A stretch of DNA of 43,030 bases, taken from contig BTVV01000047.1 in the NCBI GenBank assembly GCA_045863855.1, positions 1 to 43,030 on the forward strand. Reading direction: 5' to 3'. Numbering within the stretch: the first letter of the stretch is position 1; each line of letters starts with the position of its first letter. The DNA comes from Planctomycetota bacterium. GTDB taxonomy: Bacteria; Planctomycetota; SZUA-567; H5-PLA8. The translations under genes and the position numbers were made by a program. Of this stretch, positions 18,577 through 28,554 are shown piece by piece. The notes beneath the pieces are model-generated. The model was not told the origin of the DNA, did not search any database, and saw nothing but the letters and a program-made list of their open reading frames with translations.

Positions 18577-20682
18577 ATGCCCGCATCGGCTCCGCTTCGC
18601 CCCGCCACCGGACCGCAGGAAACGCCCCGTGGGATCGTGGTCCGGCATCCGCTCATGGTTACCGACGCGTATATCGCCGATCTGCGCGCGATGCGCCGCG
18701 AACGCCGCGCGCGACTGTCCGAACTCAAGACACCCCGTGACGTGCGGCGCTATCAGGAGCGCGCGCTCGAAGCCATCGATCGCGCCTTCGCGCCTCGCCC
18801 GCCCAAGACGCCGCTCAAGCCGCGTGTCTACGGTTCGCTGGAGCTTCCCGGCGTGCGCGTGGAGAAGCTGACCTACGAAAGCCGGCCCGGTGTCCTCGTC
18901 ACCGCCAACCTCTGGCTGCCCGCGCATGCCGGCGCCGCGCGCCGCGTGCCCGGCGTGGTGGTCCCTTGCGGGCACAGCGGCGACGGCAAACTGGGTTATT
19001 TTCGAATCGGGCAGCGGCTCGCGCGCGCCGGCTTCGCGGCCATCATCTACGATCCGTACAATCAGGGCGAACGCGACCAGTACTACGGCCTCAGCGGGAC
19101 GCTGGCCGAACAGGTCAGCGCCAATTGCTGCTTCGCGCATAACATGATGGGCAAGCAGCTCGAACTCTGCGGCGAATTCTTCGGCGCTTGGCGCGCCTGG
19201 GACGGCATCCGCGCGCTGGATTATCTGCTCACGCGGCCCGAGATCGATCCGGCCTGCCTGGGCGTCACGGGCAACAGCGGCGGCGGAACGCTCACCACCT
19301 GGCTCTGGGCCACCGAACCGCGATTCACGATGGGTGCGCCGAGCTGCTTCATCACCGGTTTTCTGCGCAACATCGAGAACGAGCTGCCCGCGGACAACGA
19401 GCAGTATCCGCCGGGCGTGCTGGGCGCGGGTCTGGAACACATCGATTTCCTGATCGCGCGCGCGCCCAAGCCGCTGTTGCTCTTGGGCCAGCATTACGAT
19501 TACTTCGACCGCCGCGGCCTGCGCGAGTCGCACCTCGAACTCAAGCGCATCCAAACGATCCTGGGCGCATCGTCCGCGAGCCACGATCTCTTCATCGGGC
19601 CACAAGGCCACGGTTATTCGTGGCATAACCAGCAGCGCATGATCGAGTTCTTCCACCGGCACGCCGGTTTCAAGGGCAAACCGGTGCAGCTCAGCGACGA
19701 AGAACTGCCCGATTCGATCAAGCCGTCGCTGACCGTGTTGCCCAAGGGCAATACCGTCGCGCACGGCGCCACACCGATATACGCGCTGATTGCCGCGCGC
19801 GGGCTCGAGCAGAACGCGGCTCGCAAGCGCAAGGGCGCGCCCTCGCGCGAAGGACTCATGAGCGCCGTACGCAAAGTGCTCGCCATAGAACCGGAAGCCG
19901 GAACCCGGCACGGCCGCAAGGATCCGCCGCATTACCGCAATCATCAGCCCGCGCAGTACGGCGCCTACCGCGGGACGTGCTTTGCCGTCGAAACCGAATG
20001 CACCGACAGTCCCGACGCGCCGGGCGCGCGCATCCGCGCGTTCTTGCATCAGCCGTGCGAGAAGTTCGGCTACTCGCTTGACCTGCCCGAACGCGTCACG
20101 CTCTGGCTGCCGCACGTCAGCGCCGAAGCCGAGCTGAACGCGCCGGATCTGGCCGGCGCTCTGATCGGCAAGTCGGCGCTGCTGGCGCTCGACGTGCGCG
20201 GGGCCGGGTATTCTATGCCCCCCGACAGCAATTTCTTTCATCCGTACGGCTACGACTACATGCACCACGGGTACGGCCTGCTTTTCGGCCGAAGCTACCT
20301 CGGCCGGCGCGTCTTCGACGTGCTGCGTACGCTGGATCTCCTCAGCGCTCAGGGCGTCCGGGAAGTCGAATTGATCGGGCGCGGCCATGGCGCGCTGATC
20401 GCGGCGTACGCGGCGCTGCTCTGTCCGGATCTGGTTCGAAAGATCACCCTCTACGGCGCACCGACGTCATACTTAAACTGGGCGACGGCGCCGGTGGTGG
20501 GTTGGCCGGCATCGTGCATGCCGCGGGGGGTGCTCAAGCAGTTCGACCTTCCCGACGTGTATCGTGCGCTTGGCGCGCGGTTGCGCATCGCCAGCCATTG
20601 GGACGAACAGATGAAGCCGGCCCGGCCGCAGCGCCTCAAGGCCGCCAAAGCTCCGAACGGGCGCAAGCGCCAGAGCGCCTAA
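18577..20682 (+). CDS. Two-domain alpha/beta hydrolase (acetylxylan esterase/BAAT-like)
   Basis: EKLTYESRPG, VPCGH, WDGIRALDYL, nucleophile elbow GNSGGG; second domain with GRRVFDVLRTLD; AGGAG RBS before ATG 18577. Confidence 0.85.
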   Translation: MPASAPLRPATGPQETPRGIVVRHPLMVTDAYIADLRAMRRERRARLSELKTPRDVRRYQERALEAIDRAFAPRPPKTPLKPRVYGSLELPGVRVEKLTYESRPGVLVTANLWLPAHAGAARRVPGVVVPCGHSGDGKLGYFRIGQRLARAGFAAIIYDPYNQGERDQYYGLSGTLAEQVSANCCFAHNMMGKQLELCGEFFGAWRAWDGIRALDYLLTRPEIDPACLGVTGNSGGGTLTTWLWATEPRFTMGAPSCFITGFLRNIENELPADNEQYPPGVLGAGLEHIDFLIARAPKPLLLLGQHYDYFDRRGLRESHLELKRIQTILGASSASHDLFIGPQGHGYSWHNQQRMIEFFHRHAGFKGKPVQLSDEELPDSIKPSLTVLPKGNTVAHGATPIYALIAARGLEQNAARKRKGAPSREGLMSAVRKVLAIEPEAGTRHGRKDPPHYRNHQPAQYGAYRGTCFAVETECTDSPDAPGARIRAFLHQPCEKFGYSLDLPERVTLWLPHVSAEAELNAPDLAGALIGKSALLALDVRGAGYSMPPDSNFFHPYGYDYMHHGYGLLFGRSYLGRRVFDVLRTLDLLSAQGVREVELIGRGHGALIAAYAALLCPDLVRKITLYGAPTSYLNWATAPVVGWPASCMPRGVLKQFDLPDVYRALGARLRIASHWDEQMKPARPQRLKAAKAPNGRKRQSA

Positions 20683-20748
20683 TCGCTGCATCCGGACCGG
20701 AAACGGGACGATACGCCTAATAGGGTGTGTCCCGTTTCGGAGTCCGTC

Positions 20749-21615
20749 ATGGCCCAGCACGAATCGTTCGCCGACACCAGCGTGGACCTGCGCACGCTGG
20801 CCACCGAAGCCTCCAATCCGCGCACGCGCGACCTGGACCGCCTCGGCACGCTCGACCTGCTCGAACGGATTAACGCCGAAGACCGCAGCGTGCCCGATGC
20901 GGTGCGAGCGGTGCTTCCCGCGCTCGTGCGAGTAGTCGAGACCACCGCGGCGCGCATGGCGCGCGGCGGGCGCTTGATCTACATCGGCGCGGGAACCAGC
21001 GGCCGGCTGGGTTGCGTCGACGCCAGCGAGATGCCGCCAACCTACGGCGTCCCGCCGGATTGGGTGCAAGGCATCATCGCCGGCGGGCCCGAAGCGCTCC
21101 TGCGCAGCATCGAAGGCGCGGAAGACGACGCGGCCGCGGGCGTGGCCGATCTGGCGGCTCGGCACATCGGCGCCACCGATACGGTCGTGGGGCTCTCCGC
21201 CAGCGGACGCGCGCGCTACGTCCGCGCGGCGCTGATCTACGCCCGCGAACGCGCCGCGTTTACCGCCTGCATCACCTGCAACCGCAATTCGCCGCTGATC
21301 GCCTGCGCCGCCGAAGCGCTTGTCGCCGAAACCGGGCCCGAAGTCGTGACCGGCAGCACGCGCATGAAAGCCGGCACGGCGCAGAAGCTGATCCTCAACA
21401 TGCTCTCGACGGCCGTGATGGTGAGGCTGGGGCGCGTACGCGGCAACGCCATGCTGGACGTACAACTCAAATGCGAGAAGCTCCACGAGCGCGCACGGAA
21501 CATCCTGGTCGACGCCACTGGCTGTTCGCCCGAAACCGCCGCACGCACGCTGCACGAAACCGGCGGCTCGGTGCGCGCCGCGTACGAATTATTAGCAGCC
21601 CAGCCCCCGCGCTAA
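20749..21615 (+). CDS. murQ: N-acetylmuramic acid 6-phosphate etherase
   Basis: TEASNP, GRLIYIGAGTSGRLG, DASEMPPTYG, EGAED, GPEVVTGSTRMKAGTAQKLILNMLST. Confidence 0.96.
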   Translation: MAQHESFADTSVDLRTLATEASNPRTRDLDRLGTLDLLERINAEDRSVPDAVRAVLPALVRVVETTAARMARGGRLIYIGAGTSGRLGCVDASEMPPTYGVPPDWVQGIIAGGPEALLRSIEGAEDDAAAGVADLAARHIGATDTVVGLSASGRARYVRAALIYARERAAFTACITCNRNSPLIACAAEALVAETGPEVVTGSTRMKAGTAQKLILNMLSTAVMVRLGRVRGNAMLDVQLKCEKLHERARNILVDATGCSPETAARTLHETGGSVRAAYELLAAQPPR

Positions 21616-21738
21616 ACCACGCCGAACCTGCACATTGCACGCAGTGCCCGCTCACATTCTTCGTTCCGGCAAGGTAGAATACCGCGAAGGTTCGCCGCGC
21701 CTCGATGGCTCCTACTCAGCGGCCCGGAGGTCCCCCGC

Positions 21739-22680
21739 ATGTCCCGCCCTGTAACGCTTGGCATGGTCAATGTGCTTTTGAAGAACCAGCCGCTTGAAGA
21801 GCGGCGTGCGCGGCTCCTGCAAGATGTGGACGCGGCCGGCAAACTCGGCTGCCAGATCGTATTGCTCCCCGAGTTCGCGGATCACCACGTCACGCACGAG
21901 GCAGGGCTGGCACGGCAGAAATCGATCGAAGAACTCCGGCGTGTGGTGGGTTTGAATTGGGACAGCCCGTTCATCGAAGCCCTGCGCAAGCGCGCGCAGC
22001 AGTACGGCATGGCCGTCATCCCCAACGTACTCTGGACCGGGGAGAGCAAACCGTACAACCGGGCGGTGGTCATCGGGCCGGAAGGCACCCTGCTGGGGCA
22101 CTACGACAAGACTCACCTCGCGCCCGAAGAGGAACATTGCGTCGCACGCGGAGGCCGTTTGAAGCCTATCACCACGCCCTTCGGCAAGCTGGGGCTCTTC
22201 ATCTGCTACGACGTGAACTTCCCAGAGATCCCGCGCTGCTACGAACTCCAGGGCGCCGACCTGCTGCTCTGGACCACCATGCGCCAATGCGAGACCGAAG
22301 ACATCCTGTACGGCGCGGTGCTGCCGGCCGTCGCCTACACGCATAAGCTGCCGTTGGCGGTGGCGACGTACGTCACGCCCAATCAGCGCGAGACGCGCCG
22401 TCCCATGACAAGCGCCGTGTACAACGCCTGGGGGTTGCAGGTGGCCGGCGGGACGTTCGCCGAAGGCGTGGTCGCCGGCTCGCTGGATCTCGACGACGTG
22501 CCCCTGCAACGCCGCGCTTGGGGCACGCCGGAATGGGTCCGCGGATGCACCTACCAGCAGCGCCAGCGCCGCCCGGATCTGTACGGCTCGCTCACCCAGG
22601 AACTTACCGGCGACGCCGCCAACCCGGCCGCGGAACCCACCGTGGCCGTGCACCCCGAGTTGCTCAATCCCAAGCTGTAA
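21739..22680 (+). CDS. Carbon-nitrogen hydrolase (nitrilase superfamily)
   Basis: E-K-C triad in LLPEF, YDKTHL, ICYDVNFPE; GGAGG RBS. Confidence 0.92.
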   Translation: MSRPVTLGMVNVLLKNQPLEERRARLLQDVDAAGKLGCQIVLLPEFADHHVTHEAGLARQKSIEELRRVVGLNWDSPFIEALRKRAQQYGMAVIPNVLWTGESKPYNRAVVIGPEGTLLGHYDKTHLAPEEEHCVARGGRLKPITTPFGKLGLFICYDVNFPEIPRCYELQGADLLLWTTMRQCETEDILYGAVLPAVAYTHKLPLAVATYVTPNQRETRRPMTSAVYNAWGLQVAGGTFAEGVVAGSLDLDDVPLQRRAWGTPEWVRGCTYQQRQRRPDLYGSLTQELTGDAANPAAEPTVAVHPELLNPKL

Positions 22681-22724
22681 GCGCCGCGCAAGGCCGGAGA
22701 AGGTCCGGTACGCGGCCGGTGAGT

Positions 22725-24527
22725 TTACAGTTTCTGATAGCGCGGGCCATCGCCGCCGGGCGGCGTGACCCACGTGATGTTGCCGTAGGGGTCCTTGATG
22801 TCGCAGGTCTTGCAGTGCACGCAGTTCCCGAAGTTGAGCTGCAAATGCCCCTGCTTCGGATCGGCGGCCTTCACGCTCTCCTTCGTTACGTCCACGTACT
22901 CGACGTTGTTGCCCATGCGCGGACCGGCCCATTCGCCGCGCCGCGGGAAGCGGAAGCTGGGCGCTTCTTTCGATTCGGGCACCACCCATTCGTATACGGA
23001 AGCCGGGCAGAAGTGCTGGCACGGGTTCCCGAACTCGTGCGTGCAGCGGTTCACGCACAGATCCTGGTCGGGCACGACCAGATGGCAAGGCTGCTGCTCG
23101 CCGTGCTTGGTGCCCGAGTGATACACGCTGGTCACTTTGTCGAAGGTGAGCTTGTTGTCGGGCGTGAATTCCGGGAGCGGTTTGACGCCGTCGCTGTGAT
23201 GCTGGCGCAGGTAGCCGGTATTTTCGTGGTCGGCCTTCACCGTCATCGGATCGGAGAGTCCGCGCCCGCCGGTGGCGCGCTGGAGCATCTCCAGCATGCC
23301 GCCCTTGAGCAGCCCCTCGGCGTAGGCCTGGCGCCAGTTGCGCATCGCATGCAGCTCTTCGAATGCCCAAGACTGCTGGAACAGATCGTCGAAGCGTCCC
23401 AGGCTCTTTTCGCTGAAATCCTGTTTATGCAGGGCCTCCAGAATCGCGTCGGCGGCCAGCGCGCCGGTCTTCATGGCCAGATGAGCGCCCTTCAGCCGCG
23501 CGGCGTTCAGGAAGCTCGCTGCATCGCCGATGATCAGGAAGCCGTCGCCGTACGTGCGCGGGATGCTGTAGTAACCGCCCTCGGGAATCGCCTTCGCGCC
23601 GTAACTCACCAGCTTGCCCGAAGCGAAGATGGGCTTCAGCGCCGGATGCAGCTTCAGCCGCTGCGACTCGTAGTGCGGATCGAGCGCCGGATCGGAGTAG
23701 TCGAGCCCCACCACCAGCCCGTAGGCGACGTGCGTCTCGTCCAGCCCGTAGACGAAGCTGCCGCCGAACGCTTCGCGCCCGGACGTCTGCAGAGGGTAGC
23801 CCAGCGTATGCAACACCTTGCCCGCCGGGAACGTACCGGCCGGCACTTCCCACAATTCCTTCACCCCGATGGCGTACGTCTGCGGATTGCGATTGCCTTG
23901 CAGATTCGCTTGGCGCGTCAGCACCTTGGTCAGATTCCCACGCGGGCCTTCCGCCAGGACCGTGACCTTGGCGCGAATCTCGGCCCCAGGTGCGTAGTTC
24001 GGGCCGGGCTTGCCGTCCTTGCCGACACCTTCGTCGCCGCAGCGCACACCGGTCACGTGGTCGCCGTGCATCAGCAACTCCGCGCCGGCCACGCCTTCCA
24101 GAATCTCGACGCCACGCTCGCGCGCTTCGCTGGCCATCCACGCCGCCACTTCACCCAAGCTGACGACGTAATAACCTTCGTTGTGCAGATACGGAGGAAT
24201 TATCGCCTCGGGCAGGGGGAGTTTCTTCGTCTCGGTCAGGAACGCGATCTCTTCCTCAACCACCGCCTGCTTGATCGGCGAGGTGTAGCGCCACTCGGGC
24301 AGAATCTCGTTCAGGCCCTTAGGATCCAGCACGCAGCCCGACAACACGTGAGCGCCGACGCTGGGGCCTTTCTCCAGCACCAGAATCTGCAGATTCGCAA
24401 GCGGCGAGCCGGGATGTTCGCGGTTGTGGCGTTTAACCCGGTCGGCCAGGCGAATGGCGCAGGCCAGTCCGCCCACCCCGCCTCCCACGATCAGCACGTC
24501 CACTTCAAGCACTTCGCGCTCGGCCAT
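22725..24527 (-). CDS. Electron transfer flavoprotein-ubiquinone oxidoreductase
   Basis: DVLIVGGGVGGL, GAHVLSG, IGVKELW, YGAKAIPEGGY, KGAHLAMKTG, CPASVYE, NCVHCKTCDIKDP; AGGAG before ATG 24527. Confidence 0.95.
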   Translation of the reverse strand: MAEREVLEVDVLIVGGGVGGLACAIRLADRVKRHNREHPGSPLANLQILVLEKGPSVGAHVLSGCVLDPKGLNEILPEWRYTSPIKQAVVEEEIAFLTETKKLPLPEAIIPPYLHNEGYYVVSLGEVAAWMASEARERGVEILEGVAGAELLMHGDHVTGVRCGDEGVGKDGKPGPNYAPGAEIRAKVTVLAEGPRGNLTKVLTRQANLQGNRNPQTYAIGVKELWEVPAGTFPAGKVLHTLGYPLQTSGREAFGGSFVYGLDETHVAYGLVVGLDYSDPALDPHYESQRLKLHPALKPIFASGKLVSYGAKAIPEGGYYSIPRTYGDGFLIIGDAASFLNAARLKGAHLAMKTGALAADAILEALHKQDFSEKSLGRFDDLFQQSWAFEELHAMRNWRQAYAEGLLKGGMLEMLQRATGGRGLSDPMTVKADHENTGYLRQHHSDGVKPLPEFTPDNKLTFDKVTSVYHSGTKHGEQQPCHLVVPDQDLCVNRCTHEFGNPCQHFCPASVYEWVVPESKEAPSFRFPRRGEWAGPRMGNNVEYVDVTKESVKAADPKQGHLQLNFGNCVHCKTCDIKDPYGNITWVTPPGGDGPRYQKL

Positions 24528-24688
24528 GTATGGGCTCCTGAAAGCTAGACACGAAGGATAGTTATGTTTACGGATCAGGACAAGTGCAGGGCTGCGCCAT
24601 TCGCGCGTCTTACTTCTGCCGGAAGCACGGGTTAAACCATTTTTGACCCGTATGCAAAGACCCAACCTCTTTTGGGTATAATCCTTAT

Positions 24689-25330
24689 ATGAGTTCCCCC
24701 GCCCCGCCCGCCACGCCGCTCAGTGGAAATGTCCGCCCGCGCGATCGCGCCGGCCGGCGCTGGGCGAAGGCCCTGGGGCTGGTCGCGCTCATTCTGTTCG
24801 CCTGCTGGTGGACAGGCCAGCACTTAGCCGAACAAGTCCGCGACCTGAACGGCGCCGAATTGCGACAGCGCATGGCTGACGAAGAAATTTTCGAAGTCGA
24901 AGAGGCCATCCGCCAAGTCAATCGCCTGGATGTCCGCGCGCGCCGGGAGGTGATGCAGAGCCGCGAAGCGCAGCGCTATTTCGAGCGCCTTAAACCCGAG
25001 GCGCGCGTGCGCTTCGTCAAGGAGACCCTCGACCGCGGCCTGCAGGAACAGATCGAGCAGTACCGCAAGATGCAACCCGAAGAGCGCAAGGCCTTCATCG
25101 AGGAAGCCAAGAAGCGCCAAGAGCAGGCCCGCGAAGACTTGGAAAACCTCCCGCCCGAGGAGCGCGCGCGCGTCCGCGAGATGATCCGCAACGGCAACAT
25201 GGAGGAGATGGTCGAGCGCGCCACGCAGCAGTTTCTGCGCGTGACGACCAGCGAAGAGCGCGCGGAACTGGCCCCGCTGTACGAAGGCGCGCTCCAGAAC
25301 CTCCAGCGCGCGCGGAGCTTACCCCGATGA
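24689..25330 (+). CDS. Hypothetical membrane-anchored helical, E/R/Q-rich protein
   Basis: One N-terminal transmembrane segment followed by charged helical repeats (QPEERKAFIEE, PPEERARVRE); ATGA overlap with the next gene. Confidence 0.75.
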   Translation: MSSPAPPATPLSGNVRPRDRAGRRWAKALGLVALILFACWWTGQHLAEQVRDLNGAELRQRMADEEIFEVEEAIRQVNRLDVRARREVMQSREAQRYFERLKPEARVRFVKETLDRGLQEQIEQYRKMQPEERKAFIEEAKKRQEQAREDLENLPPEERARVREMIRNGNMEEMVERATQQFLRVTTSEERAELAPLYEGALQNLQRARSLPR

Positions 25331-25821
25331 AGCGCGGCTTCACGCTCACCGAACTCCTGGTCGTCCTGGCCATCGTCGCGTTGCTGGCGGGGCTCTTGCT
25401 GCCCGTCCTCGCCCGCGCCAAAGCCGAAGCGCGGCGCACTCAGTGCAAAAGCCAGCTCAGCCAGCTCGCCAAAGCCGCCAACCTGTACGCCGACGAGCAC
25501 GGGCAGCGCTACCCCACCCTGGCCCTACGCCCAACGCTGAACGACGGCGCGCGCCTTTGCGACGCGTTGCAACCGTACATCCCCGATCCGCGCCTCTTCC
25601 GCTGCCCCGCCGACGACCGCGGACTTTTCGAATCGGAAGGGGCAAGCTACGAATGGAACGTTATACTGAATGGACAGCCGCCCGCCGGGTTCCTGGAGCA
25701 GGTTGTGGGTTCGTCCAAGGCCCCGATGCTCTACGATTACGAAAGTTTCCATCCCGATCCGGGAACCGGAAGCTGGGGCGGCAAGAACGTGGTTTTCTGC
25801 GACGGTTCCGTGGCGCATTGA
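25327..25821 (+). CDS. Prepilin-type N-terminal cleavage/methylation protein with an H-X9-DG-like C-terminus
   Basis: MKRG^FTLTELLVVLAIVALLAGLLLPVLARAK..ARRTQC; FRCPAD; GKNVVFCDGSV. Confidence 0.92.
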   Translation: MKRGFTLTELLVVLAIVALLAGLLLPVLARAKAEARRTQCKSQLSQLAKAANLYADEHGQRYPTLALRPTLNDGARLCDALQPYIPDPRLFRCPADDRGLFESEGASYEWNVILNGQPPAGFLEQVVGSSKAPMLYDYESFHPDPGTGSWGGKNVVFCDGSVAH

Positions 25822-25833
25822 AAGAGTGATCCC

Positions 25834-26628
25834 ATGTCCAAGAAGAAGGCTCCCGAAGAAACCGCTTCCGCCGCACCGGCGGCTCCCGAGCCTCACCTTC
25901 CCGGCAGCGGTTCCTGGACCGTGCCCAAGTGGGCGCTGATCGCCGGCGCGATCATGCTGGCCGCGGGCTCGTTCGCTTTCGCGCGAAAAGATCGATCCGA
26001 ACGCGACGGCCTCATCAAGGCCATGAACGAGTCGCGCGTCAAAGTGCACGACGAAGCCAACGGGTTGGAACGCAGCTTTGGCGAAACCAACCTCGAGACC
26101 AACCAAAAGGAATTCCTTAAGGTGCTCGGCGCCATCTCGAAACGCCCGGCGCTGGCGCAGGACATCTTCCGCACCGTGATCGGCAACGGGACCACGCAGG
26201 GCCGCATCCTCGCCTGCCGCATGGCGCCGCACCTGGCTCATGCGAACCTGCTCGAAGAAGCGGACGTCAAAGCCATCGCCCGGCAACTCGACCCCAAGGA
26301 AGAAGCCTCGCTGCGCCGCGCCGCGCAGGACGCGCTTTCCTGGGTGCTCGCCATCGCCGATCCCGTGAAGGGCAAGCAGTTGGAAACGCTCAAAGCCAAG
26401 CCCGCGAATCCGAAGGAAAAGTGGCAGGCCAAGACGTTCGATTCCGAATTCTTCGGCCAGAAGTTTCTGATCGTGCGCTGGTCAGCCCCCGACGCGTGCG
26501 CGGCCTGGTTCGAAGAGCATGCGGGCCAAATGAAGTGGGACAACCATCTCAAGCGCTACGCGATCGGCGAAGCCCCGAAGCCCGAGACCGCCGTCGCGCC
26601 CACGGCTCCCGCGCAGCCCGGCACCTGA
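25834..26628 (+). CDS. Hypothetical single-pass membrane protein
   Basis: 264 aa with host-like codon usage, one transmembrane segment (WALIAGAIMLAAGSFAFA), 12 bp after the pilin-like gene. Confidence 0.75.
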   Translation: MSKKKAPEETASAAPAAPEPHLPGSGSWTVPKWALIAGAIMLAAGSFAFARKDRSERDGLIKAMNESRVKVHDEANGLERSFGETNLETNQKEFLKVLGAISKRPALAQDIFRTVIGNGTTQGRILACRMAPHLAHANLLEEADVKAIARQLDPKEEASLRRAAQDALSWVLAIADPVKGKQLETLKAKPANPKEKWQAKTFDSEFFGQKFLIVRWSAPDACAAWFEEHAGQMKWDNHLKRYAIGEAPKPETAVAPTAPAQPGT

Positions 26629-26645
26629 ACGCGCTCGCGCGACGC

Positions 26646-27623
26646 ATGCCCGCCTCCTCGCGCGAACCGCTCCTCGTTCTCGAAGGCTTGAACAAAGTCT
26701 TCTCGCGCCGCTGGCTCGGACGCGGGCGCGAACTCACCGCCGTCCGCGATCTTTCGCTGACCGTCTACCGCGGCGATCTCTTCGGCTTCCTCGGCCCCAA
26801 CGGCGCGGGAAAATCTACCACCCTGCGCATGGCCTTGGGGCTTATTCACCCCACCGCAGGGCGCGTGCTCATCGCGGGACACGACCTCGCCCACGAGCGC
26901 CTTGCCGCGCTGCGGCAGGTGGGCGCCTTCGTCGAAGCGCCCTCCTTTTACGGTTACCTCAGCGGCCGGAAGAACCTCGAGATTTTCGCCGGCCTGTCCG
27001 GAGGCGTCGAGGACTCCGCGATCGACGCCGTCCTCGAACGTGTCGGCCTGCGCGGGCGCGAACGCGATCCCGTTTCGGTCTACAGCCACGGCATGCGCCA
27101 GCGCCTGGGCATCGCCGCGTGCTTGCTCCCGAAGCCGAGGCTCCTGATTCTCGACGAACCCACCGACGGGCTCGATCCGCACGGCATCCGCGACGTCCGC
27201 GAACTTCTCGTCAGCCTCGTCCGCGACGACGGGCTCACCGTTTTTCTCTCCAGCCATCTGCTCACCGAAGTCGAACACCTCTGCAACCGCATCGCCATCC
27301 TCGAGCAGGGCGAACTGATCTTGCAGGGCGAACTCGCCGAACTGGAACGCGAACACCGCGGGCTGTCCTTGAGCGTCGACCGGCCGGCCGAAGCCGCCAA
27401 GCTCTTGCGCGAACGCTGCGGCGTGCAGGCCGAAGCGCATCCGCCGCCGCGCGAGGGCGTGCGCATCCGCCCCGGAGCCGCCGATACGGCGGCGCTCAAC
27501 CGTGCGCTGCTCGAAGCCGGTTTCCGGGTCGCCGCGCTGGAACCCGAGCCGCATTGGCTCGACCGCCTGTTTCTCGAACGCACCACCACGCGCGAAGCCG
27601 CGCCCATGGAGGCGCGGCCGTGA
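26646..27623 (+). CDS. ABC transporter ATP-binding protein (BcrA/ABC-2 exporter type)
   Basis: GPNGAGKST, YSHGMRQRLG, ILDEPTDGLD, LSSHLL; start set at ATG 26646. Confidence 0.93.
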   Translation: MPASSREPLLVLEGLNKVFSRRWLGRGRELTAVRDLSLTVYRGDLFGFLGPNGAGKSTTLRMALGLIHPTAGRVLIAGHDLAHERLAALRQVGAFVEAPSFYGYLSGRKNLEIFAGLSGGVEDSAIDAVLERVGLRGRERDPVSVYSHGMRQRLGIAACLLPKPRLLILDEPTDGLDPHGIRDVRELLVSLVRDDGLTVFLSSHLLTEVEHLCNRIAILEQGELILQGELAELEREHRGLSLSVDRPAEAAKLLRERCGVQAEAHPPPREGVRIRPGAADTAALNRALLEAGFRVAALEPEPHWLDRLFLERTTTREAAPMEARP

Positions 27624-28480
27624 GCGGACTCTTCGCGCTGCTGCGCTTCGAATGGACCAAGCTGCGCGGGCGGCGCATCACCTGGGTGCCCTTCGCCGTC
27701 CTCGGCGCCGTCGTCGCCATCATCGTCGCCGTCTTTCACCGCCTCGAATTTCAGCACATGCTCCACCTGCTTCGCGCCAGCTTCCAGCTCACCGGCAAGC
27801 AGGATTTCATGAATGGCTACTACATGACCGCGCACGCGATGAACCCGATCTTCAACGCGCTGCTCCCGATCTTCATCGCCGTCGCCTCGGGCTTGATGGT
27901 GGCCGGCGAGACCGAACAAGGCACGCTCCGCGCCTGCCTGATCCGGCCCGTCACGCGCCGCGCGCTGATCCTCGGCAAATTCGCGCTCCTGAGCGTCTAC
28001 GCCTTGGCGCTCTGCTTCTTTGTCCTCGCTCTGCTCGTCGGCGGCGGCATCCTCAGCTTCGGACACGGACCCTTGTACACGCTCAACATCCTGTTCCAGA
28101 ACGGGCAGGAAGGCGCGAGCATGATTCCGGCCGCGGAAGTCCCGGGACGCATGTTCATGGCGGGCCTCATCGCCACCTTCGGGATGACCGTCCTCGCCGC
28201 CTTGGCGCTTTTGATCTCCGCGCTGGTCGATACCGCCGCCATGGCCTACGTCCTCACCCTCAGCCTGTACTTCGCCGTGCTCACGCTCCGGTCGCTGCCG
28301 CTCCTCGATTGGCTTTATCCGTATCTCTTCGTCACCCACATGCTGCGTTGGCAACAGTGCTTCTACAGCCATCTGCCCATGGGCCAGATTCTCGTCTCGT
28401 TGGTCCATCTGGCGTGCTACCTCGTCGCCTTTCTCTCGGCCGCCGTGCTCCTGTTCGAAGAGCGCGACATCAAAACCTGA
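27620..28480 (+). CDS. ABC-2 type exporter permease
   Basis: GTG 27620 overlaps the ATPase stop; LRFEWTKL, VAGETEQGTLR..LIRPVTR..LILGK, about six transmembrane segments, FEERDI. Confidence 0.9.
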   Translation: MSGLFALLRFEWTKLRGRRITWVPFAVLGAVVAIIVAVFHRLEFQHMLHLLRASFQLTGKQDFMNGYYMTAHAMNPIFNALLPIFIAVASGLMVAGETEQGTLRACLIRPVTRRALILGKFALLSVYALALCFFVLALLVGGGILSFGHGPLYTLNILFQNGQEGASMIPAAEVPGRMFMAGLIATFGMTVLAALALLISALVDTAAMAYVLTLSLYFAVLTLRSLPLLDWLYPYLFVTHMLRWQQCFYSHLPMGQILVSLVHLACYLVAFLSAAVLLFEERDIKT

Positions 28481-28554
28481 GCACCGTTCTTCCCCGTGCG
28501 CCCGCGCTCCTCTGTGGTAAGAAAGACCCCCGCGTCCACCGGAGTTCCCACGCC

